Under the pieces are notes generated by a model. That model saw nothing but the letters and a program-made list of their open reading frames with translations, made no database searches and was not told the DNA's origin. A stretch of 63,748 nt of DNA, counting the filler, from Octopus bimaculoides (Eukaryota), in the NCBI RefSeq assembly GCF_001194135.2. It is 9 parts of 9 records of this genome, joined end to end, with 100 filler letters (N's around TTAATTAATTAA, not from the genome) between each part and the next. Parts side by side here need not be neighbours in the genome. Positions count along the whole stretch, not along the records: positions 18,355 to 36,143 come from NC_068986.1; positions 36,244 to 51,505 come from NC_068984.1; 7 more parts are not named here. The stretch is one strand, 5' to 3'. This document shows positions 24,631-38,231 of the stretch, one piece after another; within the stretch, counting starts at the first letter, position 1, and every line of letters starts with the position of its first letter. The position numbers and the translations under genes are program-made.

Positions 24631-25221
24631 AGAGAGAGAGAGAGAGAGAGAGAATGGAAGTGTGTGTGTGAACTCATGTGTGTGAAAGAGAATGAAGAAT
24701 AATGGAAGTGTGCGTGCGTGTATGTGTGTGTTTTGTGAATACACCTGTATATGTGTACGCTTGTGTGTGTGTGTGCGTGTGTGCGTGCCTGTGTGTGTGT
24801 GAGAGAGAGAGAGAGGTAGAATGAACGTGTATGTATGTATATATGTGTATGTGTGGGGAGTTGTGTGAGTGTATGAGTATCGCTTCTTTGTTATAAAAGT
24901 TTCATATCAGGGCGATTGATCTATGATAAGAAGACGTTCTAGGCATGACCATCCCATCCTTATTTCAACCACCCTATATATATATATATATTTTCTTTTT
25001 CTTAAGATGGTCGGTGTAATTTGAAAGAGACTGGATTATTATTTCTAGTTTGTCTAGCGATCGTGTAGGGTCCCTCGAGGAACATGGTAAGATGAAATTA
25101 TGATAGATATATCGCTGCGAGGGTAATTTGGCTGTCATTTCTGACCTGGTGGAGCGACCACCGAGAACCCCTCACGCTAAATAGTAAAACGTTGCTGATA
25201 TGTGGACATGTGTCTGTGAGT

Positions 25222-25273
<52 letters not shown>

Positions 25274-25469
25274 TGTATGAATGTGAGGGTGGGTGTACGG
25301 CCGTGCAATCGACTCTTCCTTATTGATTTCCATTGTTCTGTCTTGGCTTCTTTTCGATCTGGGATCTTTCTTAGATGCTGTGTTTGTTGTTGTTGTTGTT
25401 GTTGGTGTTTTGTTTGATTTTTATTTTATTTCTTTCGTTTCATTTCAGATATTTTTTTTCTTCGTTTCT

Positions 25470-25510
25470 ATTCATTTTGCTTTGCTTCCTGCTCTCTCTC
25501 TCTCTCTTTC

Positions 25511-25584
<74 letters not shown>

Positions 25585-25870
25585 TCTCTCTGTTTGTGTG
25601 CGTATCTCTCTCTTTCTCTCTTCTTTTCTACCTCTCTTACGTACACACGCACATATATATATACATACATAAATACATACATACATACAGATGTGTGGTG
25701 GGGGTGTCACGCTTTCTATTTATCTATTTATAAACGCACGCACACACGCGTTTCACTTTCTATTTGTGTCTCACTTTTCACTCTTTCTTTTTCTCTTTCT
25801 CTCTCCCCTCTTTCTCTCTCTTTCTCTCTCTCCCCACTCTATCGTTCTCTCTCTTTCTGTTCTTTGTCTT
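25470..25870. repeat. (CT)n microsatellites and CT-rich low-complexity tract
   Basis: Direct reading; similar tracts at 14895-14995, 19495-19640 and 44620-44683. Confidence 0.9.
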
Positions 25871-26184
25871 TTCGTACACAAAAAAATAAACAGCTGCACG
25901 CACATTTCTAAACTTAACCGCTTAACTACATACATACATACATACATGTATGTATGTATGTATGTATGTATGTATGTATGTACGTAAGTGTGCTTGTGTG
26001 TATGTGTGTACATATGAGTCTGTATTCAATACATTATATTCCAGTATTATATTCCTTGCAGAATAGAGAGAATACTCTATATATGGTATAGAGCATAGAC
26101 TTCATTTAAATTCAGTTGATGAACCTAGCCGACAACAGTTGTGGTGGAAAACTGGAGTCTCCAGAAAGAATTCACTTAAAATAA

Positions 26185-26219
26185 ACTATACAATAATAAT
26201 AATAATAATTATAATAATG

Positions 26220-26301
<82 letters not shown>

Positions 26302-26412
26302 TAATAATAATAATAATAATAATAATGATAATAATAATAATAATAATTATAATAATGATAATAATAATAATAATAATAATAATTATAATAATAATGATAA
26401 TAATAATAATAA
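26185..26412 (-). repeat. (ATT)n tail of the adjacent CR1-like element, with interspersed ATC/ATA variant triplets
   Basis: (AAT)n array on plus strand directly abutting the 3' end of the minus-strand RT element. Confidence 0.8.
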
Positions 26413-26414
26413 AT

Positions 26415-27580
26415 TTATTTTATACAGTGCTCAAGCTCACTACAACTCATGAGAAAAAGTAATCAAATGTGCAAGAATGGTACGTACAGTATGAACAGAA
26501 AGTGAACAGTGAATGAGTTGTTTTAAAAAATGGGTGGAGAGGGTATCAAATGTGCTGTTGGCGAATTTCAGGAAGCCCGGAAGTTTTGAAGGACGTAGTA
26601 TCCTGGCAGCTAAGAATTGATGCAGGTAGTGTATTCCATGCTTCAGCAATCCTGAGCATGAAAATATGCTTCCAAAAGTCATGGGCACTGTGTTGTTTTT
26701 TGATGTTGTAAGAATGTCCATGAAATTCAAAAAATGTGCCCAAGGTTGTTGTTGGAAAAATGGTGGATAATCTTGTGGATGTCTACCAAATAATTTGCCA
26801 GTCATCATAGCTTTAGTGCGTCCATGCCCAGGGAAGTAAGACGTTCAGAGTATGGTAGATGCCTGACAGCGAATATTCGTCTGGTTGTGCGTTTCTGCAC
26901 AGTTTCCAGGAGATTGATATACTGAGTAAGATGGGGGTTCCAGATTGGTGATGCAAACTCTAAAGTATGGACGTACCATAGCAATATACAGATGGAGATA
27001 TATAAACCGATTAAATAGATAGATGGAGTGATATAAGCCGTTTAAACAGATAGATGGAGAGAAGGTGACAAAGGTTTTACTTACACTCTCGGCCTTCTTA
27101 ACGCAAATTGCTATTAACAATAATGCCCAGGTCACATTCATTAGCAAACTTCTTAAGATTGATGTTGGAGAGGATGTATGTAAAAATTGGGTTTGTTTCC
27201 AAAATGTATGGCAGTGCACTTGTCTATAGCCAACTTGAATTGCTAGTCTGTAATCCATTGCTGAATTGCGTCCAGTTTTAATTGCAAGAAAGATCTATAG
27301 CGTATAAGATCTGTCTTTTTTTATCTCAAGATACAGCTTGATATCAACTGCGTATCCCCGCCATTGTAACATTCTTCAAGTTGGCATCTACGTCACTGAT
27401 ATATGCAACAAGCAACAGAGGTCCAAAAAACAGATCCCGGTGGTACACCAGATGTTGTCTCATAAGGTGAAAAATACTGTCCCAGATCCATGACTAACTC
27501 CTTTTGGCCATGAATGAAGGGCTTCAACCAGTTATAAAGATATTTCACACCCACCCATTGCAAAGAGTTTTGCGATAAGT
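26415..27580 (-). mobile_element. CR1/L2-group non-LTR retrotransposon, 5'-truncated RT remnant
   Basis: TTSGVPPGS..PLLLVAYISDV...YAVDIKLY (SGVPQGS / YADD-like), KLGYRQVH, LYIAMVRP, then RIAEAWNTLPASILSCQDTTSFK; many stops and frameshifts. Confidence 0.85.
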
Positions 27581-28187
27581 CGTTTGTGTGATATATCTTC
27601 GTGCATACATATAGATACACACACATATATATATATATATAGAGAGAGAGAGATAGATAAATACATACATACATACATATGCATATATCTATGTTTATAT
27701 GTCCATGTATATTATATACATATAAATGCACATGTATGGATATATATATACGTATGTATGCTTGTATGTATATATATGTATATACACACATATATGCATA
27801 CATATATACACATATATATACTGCTATTATACTGTTATACTGCTAGAGACAAAGTAGGACAAGTGCTGTGCTGATTATGCTTATTTAGGCTGGAAAATGG
27901 ACTGAAAAATCCTCTCGAGAGACAAAATCGAAGACTGCCCGTGAAACACGAATCCACATCTCCTGTAAATGGGCAACCTTCACCTTTTTCTCTCCAAAGG
28001 ATTTTGTAACTCAATATTTACACGCTATTATATTTATTAGCTTTTCCTAATTCGAAACGTACCGCTCCAAAAGAAGAATCTTTATATAAATATATATATT
28101 ATTTTATAGACTTTAAGCTTATAAAATACTATTATTATTATTTACAGAATCGTAAAAATCGACGCACATATAATAAAACCATCGCAC

Positions 28188-28286
<99 letters not shown>

Positions 28287-28296
28287 TATGCATGTG

Positions 28297-28530
28297 TAGG
28301 GTGCGATGAATAATCTGTCGTCTAAATTATGCAAAAATGAAAATAACACTGACATCTCATTTTTACAGACATATTTACCAAAATAAAAGAAAAACATCTT
28401 AAAATACTAAAGAGTAAATTCATTCAATAAAATCGCCATTGACGACTTCAGAATCTCCTGCAACTCTTCTGGACGATCTCCTTGTTCAAGTTGATGAATG
28501 CTGCCATAATCCTTGTCATCAGTTCATCTG
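28297..28530 (-). mobile_element. 3'-terminal fragment of the same maT-type transposon family, inverted
   Basis: Reverse complement aligns to 29510-29766 (gatgaactga..aaggatta.ggca...cagaagagttgcaggagatt...aatggcgattttattg...ttagacga...ttattca.cgcaccct) with its own indels. Confidence 0.85.
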
Positions 28531-28535
28531 TGCGA

Positions 28536-29766
28536 CAGGGTGCGATGGATAAATTGTCGCCATTGTATACTTTCAATTTCGTACTTGTGCGCTGTTTGAT
28601 TTTGTTTTTTCGACTACACAGTATTGTATGGTCAGTTGGTCACCGTCTGTGAGAAAAACAGCACCATGATGCAATTCATTCTGCCAGAAATTTGGAAACG
28701 ACATGCTGTATTGCTTGGCATTCACGCTAGAAGCTCCAATACGAACATTTCAGAGTGTTTAAGTGTCAATCTGAGGATAGTGCAGAGGATTCGGAAAGAG
28801 TTGGATGAGTCTAATGGTGATTAGGAGGTACGGCAACTCGGAAAACTCACTCTGATCGTTCCGATAAGAAAAGAACTCCGGAATTTATTGGCGAAATCCA
28901 GGCCATGATTGACAACGATCCCTCCAAGTCAATCAGGTCCATTGCCAGGGATATGGGAGTGTCTGAGTTTCTTATCAGGCAGGTAGTGCATGAAGACATT
29001 CGGTATTCTTCATACAAGATGAAAAAGGGCCAATGAAAGACAAGAGGAAAAACCGCGCCACGAAGCTTTTGAACAAACTCAAACATCTCCTCCAACCGAA
29101 CATGCTTTGGTTTTTCTCAGACAACAAAAATTTCTGCCACGATCAGATGGTAAACACACAGAACAACCGTTGGCTTGCCGTGTCCCCAAAACATGTACCG
29201 AGAGTGATAAAAATCAAACATCCAGACAACATCATGGTGTTTGGAATGATCACTAGTGATGGCCTCTGTTCATCTTCCCACACGGCCTCAGACTCAACAG
29301 GGAGGCCTACATCAAGTGCCTGGAGGAGGTAGTGCTGTCCTGGGTCAAGAGGAGGGCTTCTGGAAGATCCTGTGTCTGGCAACGGGACTTTGTACCATGC
29401 CACACAAGCACGAGAACCCAGTCATAGCCATTAGGCAATTTCTGCGACCACAACACCCTTAACATCTGGCCACCTAACTCCCCAGAATGTAACCCCCTTG
29501 ATTATTATGATGAACTGAAGGCAAGGATTACGGCAATATTCACCAGCTTAAATAAGGAGACCGTCCAGAAGAGTTGCAGGAGATTCCGAAGTCGTCTGGA
29601 GGCCGTGGAGATTCCGAAGTCATTTGGAAGCCAATGGCGATTTTATTGCATAAATTTACTCTTTAGTATTTCAAGATATTTCTATGTAATTTTGATAAAT
29701 ATATCTGTTAAAATGAGATGCCACATTTTTGCGTAATTTAGACGAAAATTTATTCACCGCACCCTG
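28536..29766 (+). mobile_element. Tc1/mariner DNA transposon, DD37D (maT) type, degraded transposase
   Basis: TIRs cagggtgcgatggataaattgtcg / cgaaaatttattcaccgcaccctg; protein motifs WFFSDNKNF, VFGMITSDG, WQRDFVPCHTS...WPPNSPECNPLDY with 37 residues counted between the second and third D; stops and deletions. Confidence 0.9.
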
Positions 29767-29770
29767 TGTA

Positions 29771-29987
29771 CACGTGGGATTGCTGAAAAGTTTTTGGCTT
29801 TAAGGGTATCACGAAAGATCTGATTGGACGCCAAAATTCCGGGTTCTTTTACGGGGCTTAGAAAAACTGAAGGATCGCTGCCATAAGTGTGTGAATCTGA
29901 GATGGGAATATGTTGAATATAATCATAATCAACTGATTATCCTGTATTTCCTTTTACACAAAACCAGAAGCTTTTTAGCCCCTTTCG
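29771..29987 (+). mobile_element. Mariner-derived MITE / internal-deletion element, TA-flanked
   Basis: Imperfect TIRs cgtgggattgctgaaaagtttttggctt / aaaaccagaagctttttagcccctttcg; internal LEKLKDRCHKCVNLRWEYVE resembles the mariner transposase C-terminus. Confidence 0.7.
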
Positions 29988-30207
29988 TATATATATAGAG
30001 AGAGTAATACTTGTTTTACAAAAACAGTTTAGTATTAAACCGAAATATTAAGTTACTTCTCGTTTCGTCTAGTCAGCAAGGCCGCCGGCGCTACCAATGC
30101 CCCTTCATTGTACACGTTATATCTCAGAGCTTGCATGAAACTCATCACTCCCTAACTTTTTGTAGGATACACTCTGACTTTTGGAAAGTCAGAGTATGCA
30201 TGAATAT

Positions 30208-30246
<39 letters not shown>

Positions 30247-30598
30247 GCATGTAATTATCGATTAATTTCTGACAATGCTATAATTCAAATAACATTCAAT
30301 CTGAGCCGACATAACATATTAAGATGAAAATCAAACAAGTAAAACCAAGCTCAGGGATGAAAAAATTACGATAACAATATTCGTAGCTAAGTTATCACAT
30401 AACATTACCAACTCGGGATATCATGATATAGAAATGTATCATTTAATTACCAAATACTGTCAAAAGTAATAACTAGTTCAATAAAGCTCTAATTCTTTTC
30501 TCGTAAATAACAATATCTCCATACCTAAGGATTGTTATATATAGTAGATATCTACAGTATTGTTGAAGTCAATTGGCTTATTAATGCATACGTAAAAA

Positions 30599-30610
30599 TA
30601 GATAGATAGG

Positions 30611-30703
<93 letters not shown>

Positions 30704-30735
30704 GTCCGGACACATACATACACACACACACACAT

Positions 30736-30762
<27 letters not shown>
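30599..30762. repeat. (GATA)n microsatellite
   Basis: Direct reading; complementary (TCTA)n tracts at 53955-54035 and 62812-62980. Confidence 0.95.
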
Positions 30763-30767
<5 letters not shown>

Positions 30768-30794
30768 GTAATATGTGTATGTATATCTGCATAT

Positions 30795-31055
30795 ATCTAT
30801 ATCGCGGTTTCGATTCTCAGACAGGGTGTTGCGTTGTGTTCTTGCGCAAAACACTTCATCTCACGTTACTCCGCGATCATTTCGTCATCTGACATGCGGC
30901 ACGCCATGCACCTGTACAGGTAATGTCGATCTGATGGAAGGAGTGAGTTTATGTGAACACAAACATTTGATTACTATCAACAAATCATCTGTGTGGTTGT
31001 TCAGCAAGAAATTGCAGAGCCCTCATACGTCGTCGTACGGCAGGAGAATCCATTA
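30795..31055 (+). mobile_element. tRNA-derived SINE family E (D-like head, CORE-like segment, distinct tail)
   Basis: atcgcggtttcgattctcagacaggg (B box, similar to family D head) then gcgttgtgttcttgcgcaaaacacttcatctcacgtt (CORE-like); unique 3' part. Confidence 0.6.
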
Positions 31056-31489
31056 TATNNNNNNNNNNTATATACATATTCTAATATAATATGGGTATAA
31101 AAGAAACTTTTAGTGTGTTTTCCATAGCTCCTCTATGGGTATACGCTACCGAATGCTATTATACAGTGGGACTGCTGCCACTGAATACACATGTGGAAAT
31201 CTGTAAATATCCGTAGATTCTATACAAAAAATATTAGTAAGAGAAGATGGATTGAACATACTCTATTAGATATCACTACAATTGTTTCAACACATCATTA
31301 CCAACTATACATTGTTGAACGTTACAAACGTTATAAACAACACTGTATTAATAAATATCACTCGGCAATATGCATCTCCTCAGATGAGTAAAAAGATCTT
31401 TTAAATCAGATTTTCATTTTCTACATTGTATTCCTACACCAAAGTACTATTTTATAGTATTTATAATTGCTACACTGTATTTCTTCTGA

Positions 31490-32535
31490 ATCTTTTCGCC
31501 CTGTGGTTAACATTGCCTTTTATCCTTTCATATTCGATAAAGTAAAACACCAGTCAAGGACTGGCGTTGATGTAGTCAACTTACCCTCTCACATCGAATT
31601 TGCTGGCCTTGTGCTTTAGTTAAACAATATATGGCAATATTTGTACACGTAAATATGAAACGACACACTATAGTTGACTCTTGGCGAAAGTTGTAAGAAA
31701 CTTGAAATACCATACATATATATATACTCTTTATTAGAAGCTGAGGATCCTTATATCGTTTCCCTGGAGTTTCAGGTTACCGATTCTGAAACACCCGAAT
31801 CGAAGCACCGTGACTATATATAAACAAAAATATGATTAATTATGTACAAATAGTTTTCTTATAATTTTCATCTTACCTTCTTTCTACTGAAAAACATTCC
31901 ATCGAAGCGCCATTGAGTTTGTAACATGGGAGTCAATGAGAAAATGTACTTGTGTTACGTAATTTCACGTTATAGTAATCATGATTTCAAATTTTAGCAC
32001 AGGGCCAGAAATTCAGGGGAGAGTTAAGTCGAGATTACATCGACTCCAGTATATGTGTAAACAGTCACAATCATTGTAATTCTATGCCACAACCATCTTA
32101 TATATCACTCACTACAAAGAGATGACATGATACATTTATTTATTGATGTTGAATATGAATGTAGTCAATTTTTTGCGCATCAGTTCCGCACTCAACTCTA
32201 AATAACGGCGACATAAATATTTAGATTCAATAAATAAATAAATAAATATGGCTCCGATCCAGAGTTGCAACGTTTACAAAAATGTGATTTCAGATTGTTT
32301 CAAATGAATCAAAGAAAAGGCGGCGAGCTGGCAGAAATGTTAGCGCTCCGGGCGAAATGCTTAGTGGTATTTCGTCTGTCTTTACATTTTGAGTTCAAAT
32401 TCCGCCGAGGTCAACTTTACCTTTCATCCTTTCGGGGTCGATAAATTAAGTACTATTAGCGTTTTGGGGTCGATCTAATCGACTGGTCCCCTCCCCCAAA
32501 AAATTTCGGCCCTTGTGCTTAGAGTAGAAAAGAAT
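31490..32535. mobile_element. Family C SINEs: 31490-31625 (+, degraded), 31985-32050 (-, tail), 32318-32535 (+, full length)
   Basis: Full copy aggcggcgagctggcagaaatgttagcgctccgggcgaaatgcttag...gagttcaaattccgccgaggtcaactttacctttcatcctttcggggtcgataaattaagtac...gtgcttagagtagaaaagaat. Confidence 0.88.
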
Positions 32536-34439
32536 AGATAACCAAAGACTAAATACCAATAATTTCCATAGTAGTGACGGAAATTAATCGAACCTTGAAC
32601 TCCAACTGTCNNNNNNNNNNNNNNNNNNNNNNNNNNNNNNNNNNNNNNNNNNNNNNNNNNNNNNNNNNNNNNNNNNNNNNNNNNNNNNNNNNNNNNNNNN
32701 NNNNNNNNNNNNNNNNNNNNNNNNNNNNNNNNNNNNNNNNNNNNNNNNNNNNNNNNNNNNNNNNNNNNNNNNNNNNNNNNNNNNNNNNNNNNNNNNNNNN
32801 NNNNNNNNNNNNNNNNNNNNNNNNNNNNNNNNNNNNNNNNNNNNNNNNNNNNNNNNNNNNNNNNNNNNNNNNNNNNNNNNNNNNNNNNNNNNNNNNNNNN
32901 NNNNNNNNNNNNNNNNNNNNNNNNNNNNNNTACTGCTGAGATTCAAATCTAGCTTAGACTGAAGTTTCTAAGTTCTCCGACTGATTTCAAAACTACCCAA
33001 CCCACTATCGATCATTATTTTATCATGGCTGCAAAAGAAGAGATAATTTTGACTGATAGATATTAACCAGGCGGCCACGATGCAAGTGCGAAAGGCTTAC
33101 GACGAGGTATCCTCAAATACCTTAATTCACCATGTTCTATTCATGCGGGCGAAGGTCTGCTTCAATCGATCACTACTCCAACGAACAATCACTACTGTGC
33201 CTAACGCCCATACCATGCCCATGATTTTAACTTCAATCAAGTTGATTGCATTGAGAAAGAATGATTGAAGTGATCTCTCTATCATAGTCACCAACATTTT
33301 CGGGTCAAAATCGCATACAGGTCAACAATGAAGAAGCTCAGCTAAGAACAACACTCCACGCGACACGACGTCGACGTCCAGTGAACGTGTCCTTTCTTTT
33401 TACAAAATGAGGTGTATTTGGGAGAGGGGAAGAGAGAGAGGTTTGATTCTTACTTCTAGCTTACAGATGCTACATAGAAAACTAGATAGCAGCTCTTTCA
33501 ACGACTCGAAAGTATGACTTGAGAGTAATGGTGGTTGCTATTTGTAACAAAGCGAGCGACCAGGAAGTGGACTTTCTAGTCAAAGCGAACATTTGCGATT
33601 AATATTCAGCATTAGGTCAACACCGGTCCTGCAGACCTATGATCAAAGATGCTCCAGTTGTGGCCAACATTTTTTCCAGACAATGTCGTTCAATTTTTTA
33701 ACTGATAAATAGGGCGTAATCTGAGGGAGATTTGGCTAATGTTTCTAATAGCGCAATCGACCAAAAATACTGTCTGTTTTCCGACATTGTATAGCTAGGA
33801 CTATAGAATCCAATATGCTCTTATATTTTTGAAAGAAGATAGACAGACTGTGACTTGAAGGAGACTTGGCATCTTTTTTCTTGTATAATACAAGTAAAGT
33901 TCTTATCGTAGGCAATCCAAAGCGTAGTTATTGTTAGGTGAATGAATGAATGATTGTTTAATGGATAGTCGTTCCAGTGTCTAACTTCCTAACTACGAGG
34001 ACAAAGAAAGAAACCAAAATACAAATAGCCAACGAGGGAGCTTCTACGTGGTTCAGTTATCTGCTGGAAATACCAGTCAAATCTTCCTTAAGTAATACAT
34101 TACTGCCTTAACATATAGGACAAGTCGGATAATGTAATCTGAGAAGCACTATACCTGATATAAAAACCATAGGAGGTGGTGCTTGAAATGCCTTTGACTA
34201 CAGACCTATTCGATCGGAGACGTCTCGGAGTTAACAATAACAATTGCAGCAAAGGCAAACATATTTTATGCTATTTAAATCTTACCTAAATGATTTCTTC
34301 TGTTGTAACAGATGGTTCGTCTCTCAAGATGTTTTCAGTCTCACACAACAATACACTACAGTAGTTTAACAAATTGATTCGGCCTGCTTTCCGTCAATGT
34401 GTCTCCACTTCTTTCTTGTCTCCCGGTTTGTTTCTCTCT

Positions 34440-34638
34440 TTCCTTCTCTCCCACACTCTCACTCTCTCCTCTCTCTGCTTCTCTCTTTCCTTTTCTCTCT
34501 CCTTCTCTCTCTCCTTCTTTCACTCTCTCCTTCTCTATCCTTCTCTCTTTCCTTTTCTCTATCCTTCTCTCTCTCTCCTTCTTTCACTCTCTCCTCCTCT
34601 CTCTCCTTCTCTCTTTCCTTTTCTCTATCCTTCTCTCC

Positions 34639-34692
<54 letters not shown>
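34440..34692. repeat. CT-rich minisatellite grading into (CT)n
   Basis: Recurring units ccttctctctttccttttctctatccttctct and ccttctttcactctctcc. Confidence 0.8.
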
Positions 34693-34695
<3 letters not shown>

Positions 34696-35113
34696 AACCC
34701 ATTCTGACATTTTCCATTTCTGTTTATCTCTTTATCTTCGCCTCTCTTAATCTCCCTTTTTGCTTCCGCCCGCTATATTTATCTCTCTAGCTTTTGCTTC
34801 TCTCCCGTTTCCTCTTCCTTTCCCGCTCTCCTCTTTCTCTCTCCCCGCCTTTCTCTTTTACTCTCTCTCAGTGTTCCTGTTTGACTTTTCGTCCCTCTCT
34901 GTTTCTATATTTCTTTATCTATCACACACACATACACACGTGTACACACACACACAAATACACACTGATGTGTAGCTGTAGCTGTTCCTATTGTAAGTCT
35001 AGTAGTAGTAGCAGTAGAAGTAGTTGCTGTTGTCGTTGTAGTGGCAGTAGCAGCGGTAATTACAACGAAGGCACGCAACAATACACGGATGAATGCGTGT
35101 GCGTGCGTGTGTG

Positions 35114-35219
<106 letters not shown>

Positions 35220-35807
35220 GAGTTTCCAATCGTGGAAGGCGCTTTTACCGGTTGGAATGTGATCTAAAACTGTGTTTCTTATAACGGGGAGGTGAACATA
35301 CTGGGGTGGAGAGCTGTGTGAAACGAAAAGATGTAGCACAGACTATCATTCTTAATACAATTAAGAGGGTTTCCAACTTTTAAAATGTGTCCAGTACCAT
35401 GGTGAAGAAACACGAATTATATAAAGGCACATTTTTCATTTATATAGAGAACTATCAAAAATATCTCTAATACTTGGCTAAGAAATGTTCTGGTATTTAT
35501 CAGTTTCAGACGTTGATGTGTTTGGTTACTATGTGTAAGCTTTTATATTCTGTTATTCTATTATCAGTTTCAGCCAGACAATGTGACCCTGCATGGGCAC
35601 CACCACTACAACTAATCTTTGTTTATTTTAGACTCATCTCCCGGGTCTTTCCCTGGAATTGGTTTTGTCGAAGTTGTGAGTCGGACAGGTTTGCCCTTCT
35701 TTGCATTTCTTACCGTGACGTGGGTCTATCTGGTATATGACGTAAAAACTTTTTCCAATTGTTTGAATACATCAACATCTACACCCCATAGATTTCTGAG
35801 GCCACGC

Positions 35808-36005
35808 TTACTCTTTTACTTGTTTCAGTCATTTGACTGAGGCCATGCTGGACCACCGCCTTTAGTCTAGAAAATCGACCTCAGCACTTATTCTTTGTAA
35901 GCCTAGTACTTATTCTATCGGTCTCTTTTTGCCGAACCGCTACGTTACGGGAACGTAAACACACCAGCATTGGTTGTCAAGCGTTGGTGGGGGGACAAAC
36001 ACAGA
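35808..36005 (-). mobile_element. Family B SINE tail module followed by (CA)n(TA)n
   Basis: ctcttttacttgtttcagtcatttgactgaggccatgctggaccaccgcc...ttctttgtaagcctagtacttattctatcggtctctttttgccgaaccgc. Confidence 0.88.
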
Positions 36006-36012
36006 CTCACAA

Positions 36013-36048
<36 letters not shown>

Positions 36049-36055
36049 CTATATA

Positions 36056-36099
<44 letters not shown>

Positions 36100-36734
36100 A
36101 GCAATGTTAATTCTCTATATGAAGTATTAACAGTAACTGCACGNNNNNNNNNNNNNNNNNNNNNNNNNNNNNNNNNNNNNNNNNNNNTTAATTAATTAAN
36201 NNNNNNNNNNNNNNNNNNNNNNNNNNNNNNNNNNNNNNNNNNNTATATATATACATACATACATACATATATATATATATATAGTTATGTATATATATAG
36301 TTAAGTATATATATAGTTATGTATATATACTGTTTCATAAAAATGCAGAAATATTGTTCTGTTCTTCTCTTTTTCTATTTCCATGCTTTTGCGTGAAAAG
36401 GTTTTCCGGTGTCACTATCATCCGTTTCCTATTTTCTAACAGTGAGAATTAATGAAGATGTTAGGTCAGAGGTCAGGTGAAGGTAACAGATTAATATTAC
36501 TTCTTATCTTTACTAAACAACTAGAAGCATCTATCGATACAGTCGTATCGTTCAACAAACCAAATCTCCAATAGATACGTTATCTTTTATGACTTGATTT
36601 CTGTTTTCACCCTGGTCTGCATTTAATAAAAGAAAACAAAACAGAAACAAGCTAGAATTGATAGTAAGATATAACATCGACAGCAACAACTGCCTAAGAT
36701 ATTCACACACACAAACACACAAACACACACACAG

Positions 36735-36767
<33 letters not shown>

Positions 36768-36802
36768 GACACACACACATACTTGTATACGTACATGTAT
36801 AA

Positions 36803-37187
36803 TGTTGTTGGCGCTCCGTCGCTTACGACGTCGAGGGTTCCAGTTGATCCGATCAACGGAACAGCCTGCTCGTGAAATTAACGTGCAAATGGCTGAGCAC
36901 CCCACATACACGTGTACCCTTAACGTAGTTCCCGGGTTGATTCAGCGTGACACAGTGTGACAAGGCGGACCCTTTGAATTACAGGTACAACAGAAACAGG
37001 AAGTAAGAGTGAGAGAAAGTTGTGGTGAAAGAGTACAGCAGGGTTCGCGACCATCCCCTGCCGGAGCCTCGTGGAGCTTTAAGTGTTTTCGCTCAATAAA
37101 CACTCACAACACCCGGTCTGGGAATCGAAACCGCGATCCTATGACCGCGTGTCCGCTGCCCTAACCAGTGGGCCATTGTGCCTCCAC
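36803..37187 (-). mobile_element. Full-length family D SINE
   Basis: Near-identical to 21975-22355; imperfect TSD atg(t/c)ataa. Confidence 0.9.
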
Positions 37188-37289
37188 AGATGCATAAATA
37201 TATATATACATACACGTATCTATGTATAAAAGTATTTATCTATTTATACACTCACAACATACTTATATATAAGTAGTATATAAATATAG

Positions 37290-37324
<35 letters not shown>

Positions 37325-37326
37325 CG

Positions 37327-37361
<35 letters not shown>

Positions 37362-37959
37362 GTTTGTGTGTGTGTAGTTATATACATAGTTATCCATATT
37401 TATATGCACCGAACTCGGATTGTCATATATCTTGACTTCAGCACGGTGTNNNNNNNNNNNNNNNNNNNNNNNNNNNNNNNNNNNNNNNNNNNNNNNNNNN
37501 NNNNNNNNNNNNNNNNNNNNNNNNNNNNNNNNNNNNNNNNNNNNNNNNNNNNNNNNNNNNNNNNNNNNNNNNNNNNNNNNNNNNNNNNNNNNNNNNNNNN
37601 NNNNNNNNNNNNNNNNNNNNNNNNNNNNNNNNNNNNNNNNNNNNNNNNNNNNNNNNNNNNNNNNNNNNNNNNNNNNNNNNNNNNNNNNNNNNNNNNNNNN
37701 NNNNNNNNNNNNNNNNNNNNNNNNNNNNNNNNNNNNNNNNNNNNNNNNNNNNNNNNNNNNNNNNNNNNNNNNNNNNNNNNNNNNNNNNNNNNNNNNNNNN
37801 NNNNNNNNNNNNNNNNNNNNNNNNNNNTACATATATATAATTAATAATATCGAAGGGTAATTATAAATATTAAATATTTTTACTACCAGTGGTCTAGCGT
37901 GTAAACATTTAATCCATTAGACTATATATTATTCATATAAATACACTGCACATGTGTAC

Positions 37960-38231
37960 TGGCATGGGCCCGGGAACAGGGGGTGCAGGTGGTGCAAGCG
38001 CCCCCTAGAATTTTTGAGGAGTGCAGAACCAAAATTTGCACCTCTACGTATTTTTCTCAGGTTTAGAAAACAGTGAATAAAAAGTGATGTGTAAAAAAAA
38101 GTAGCTTGAAGTTAGGTTCCTTTTCAAAGAACAAAACAAAAATAAATAACAGAAAAAAAAAACAGGACCTTGTTTGTAAAAAAATTTGGACCTGGGTTTC
38201 CACCCCCTAAGCAAATTTCGTTCCCGTGCCA
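37960..38231. mobile_element. Non-autonomous DNA transposon (hAT-like MITE)
   Basis: Termini tggcatggg / cccgtgcca (inverted, 1 mismatch); 8-bp flanks atgtgtac (37952-37959) and gtgtgtac (38232-38239); no coding capacity. Confidence 0.6.
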
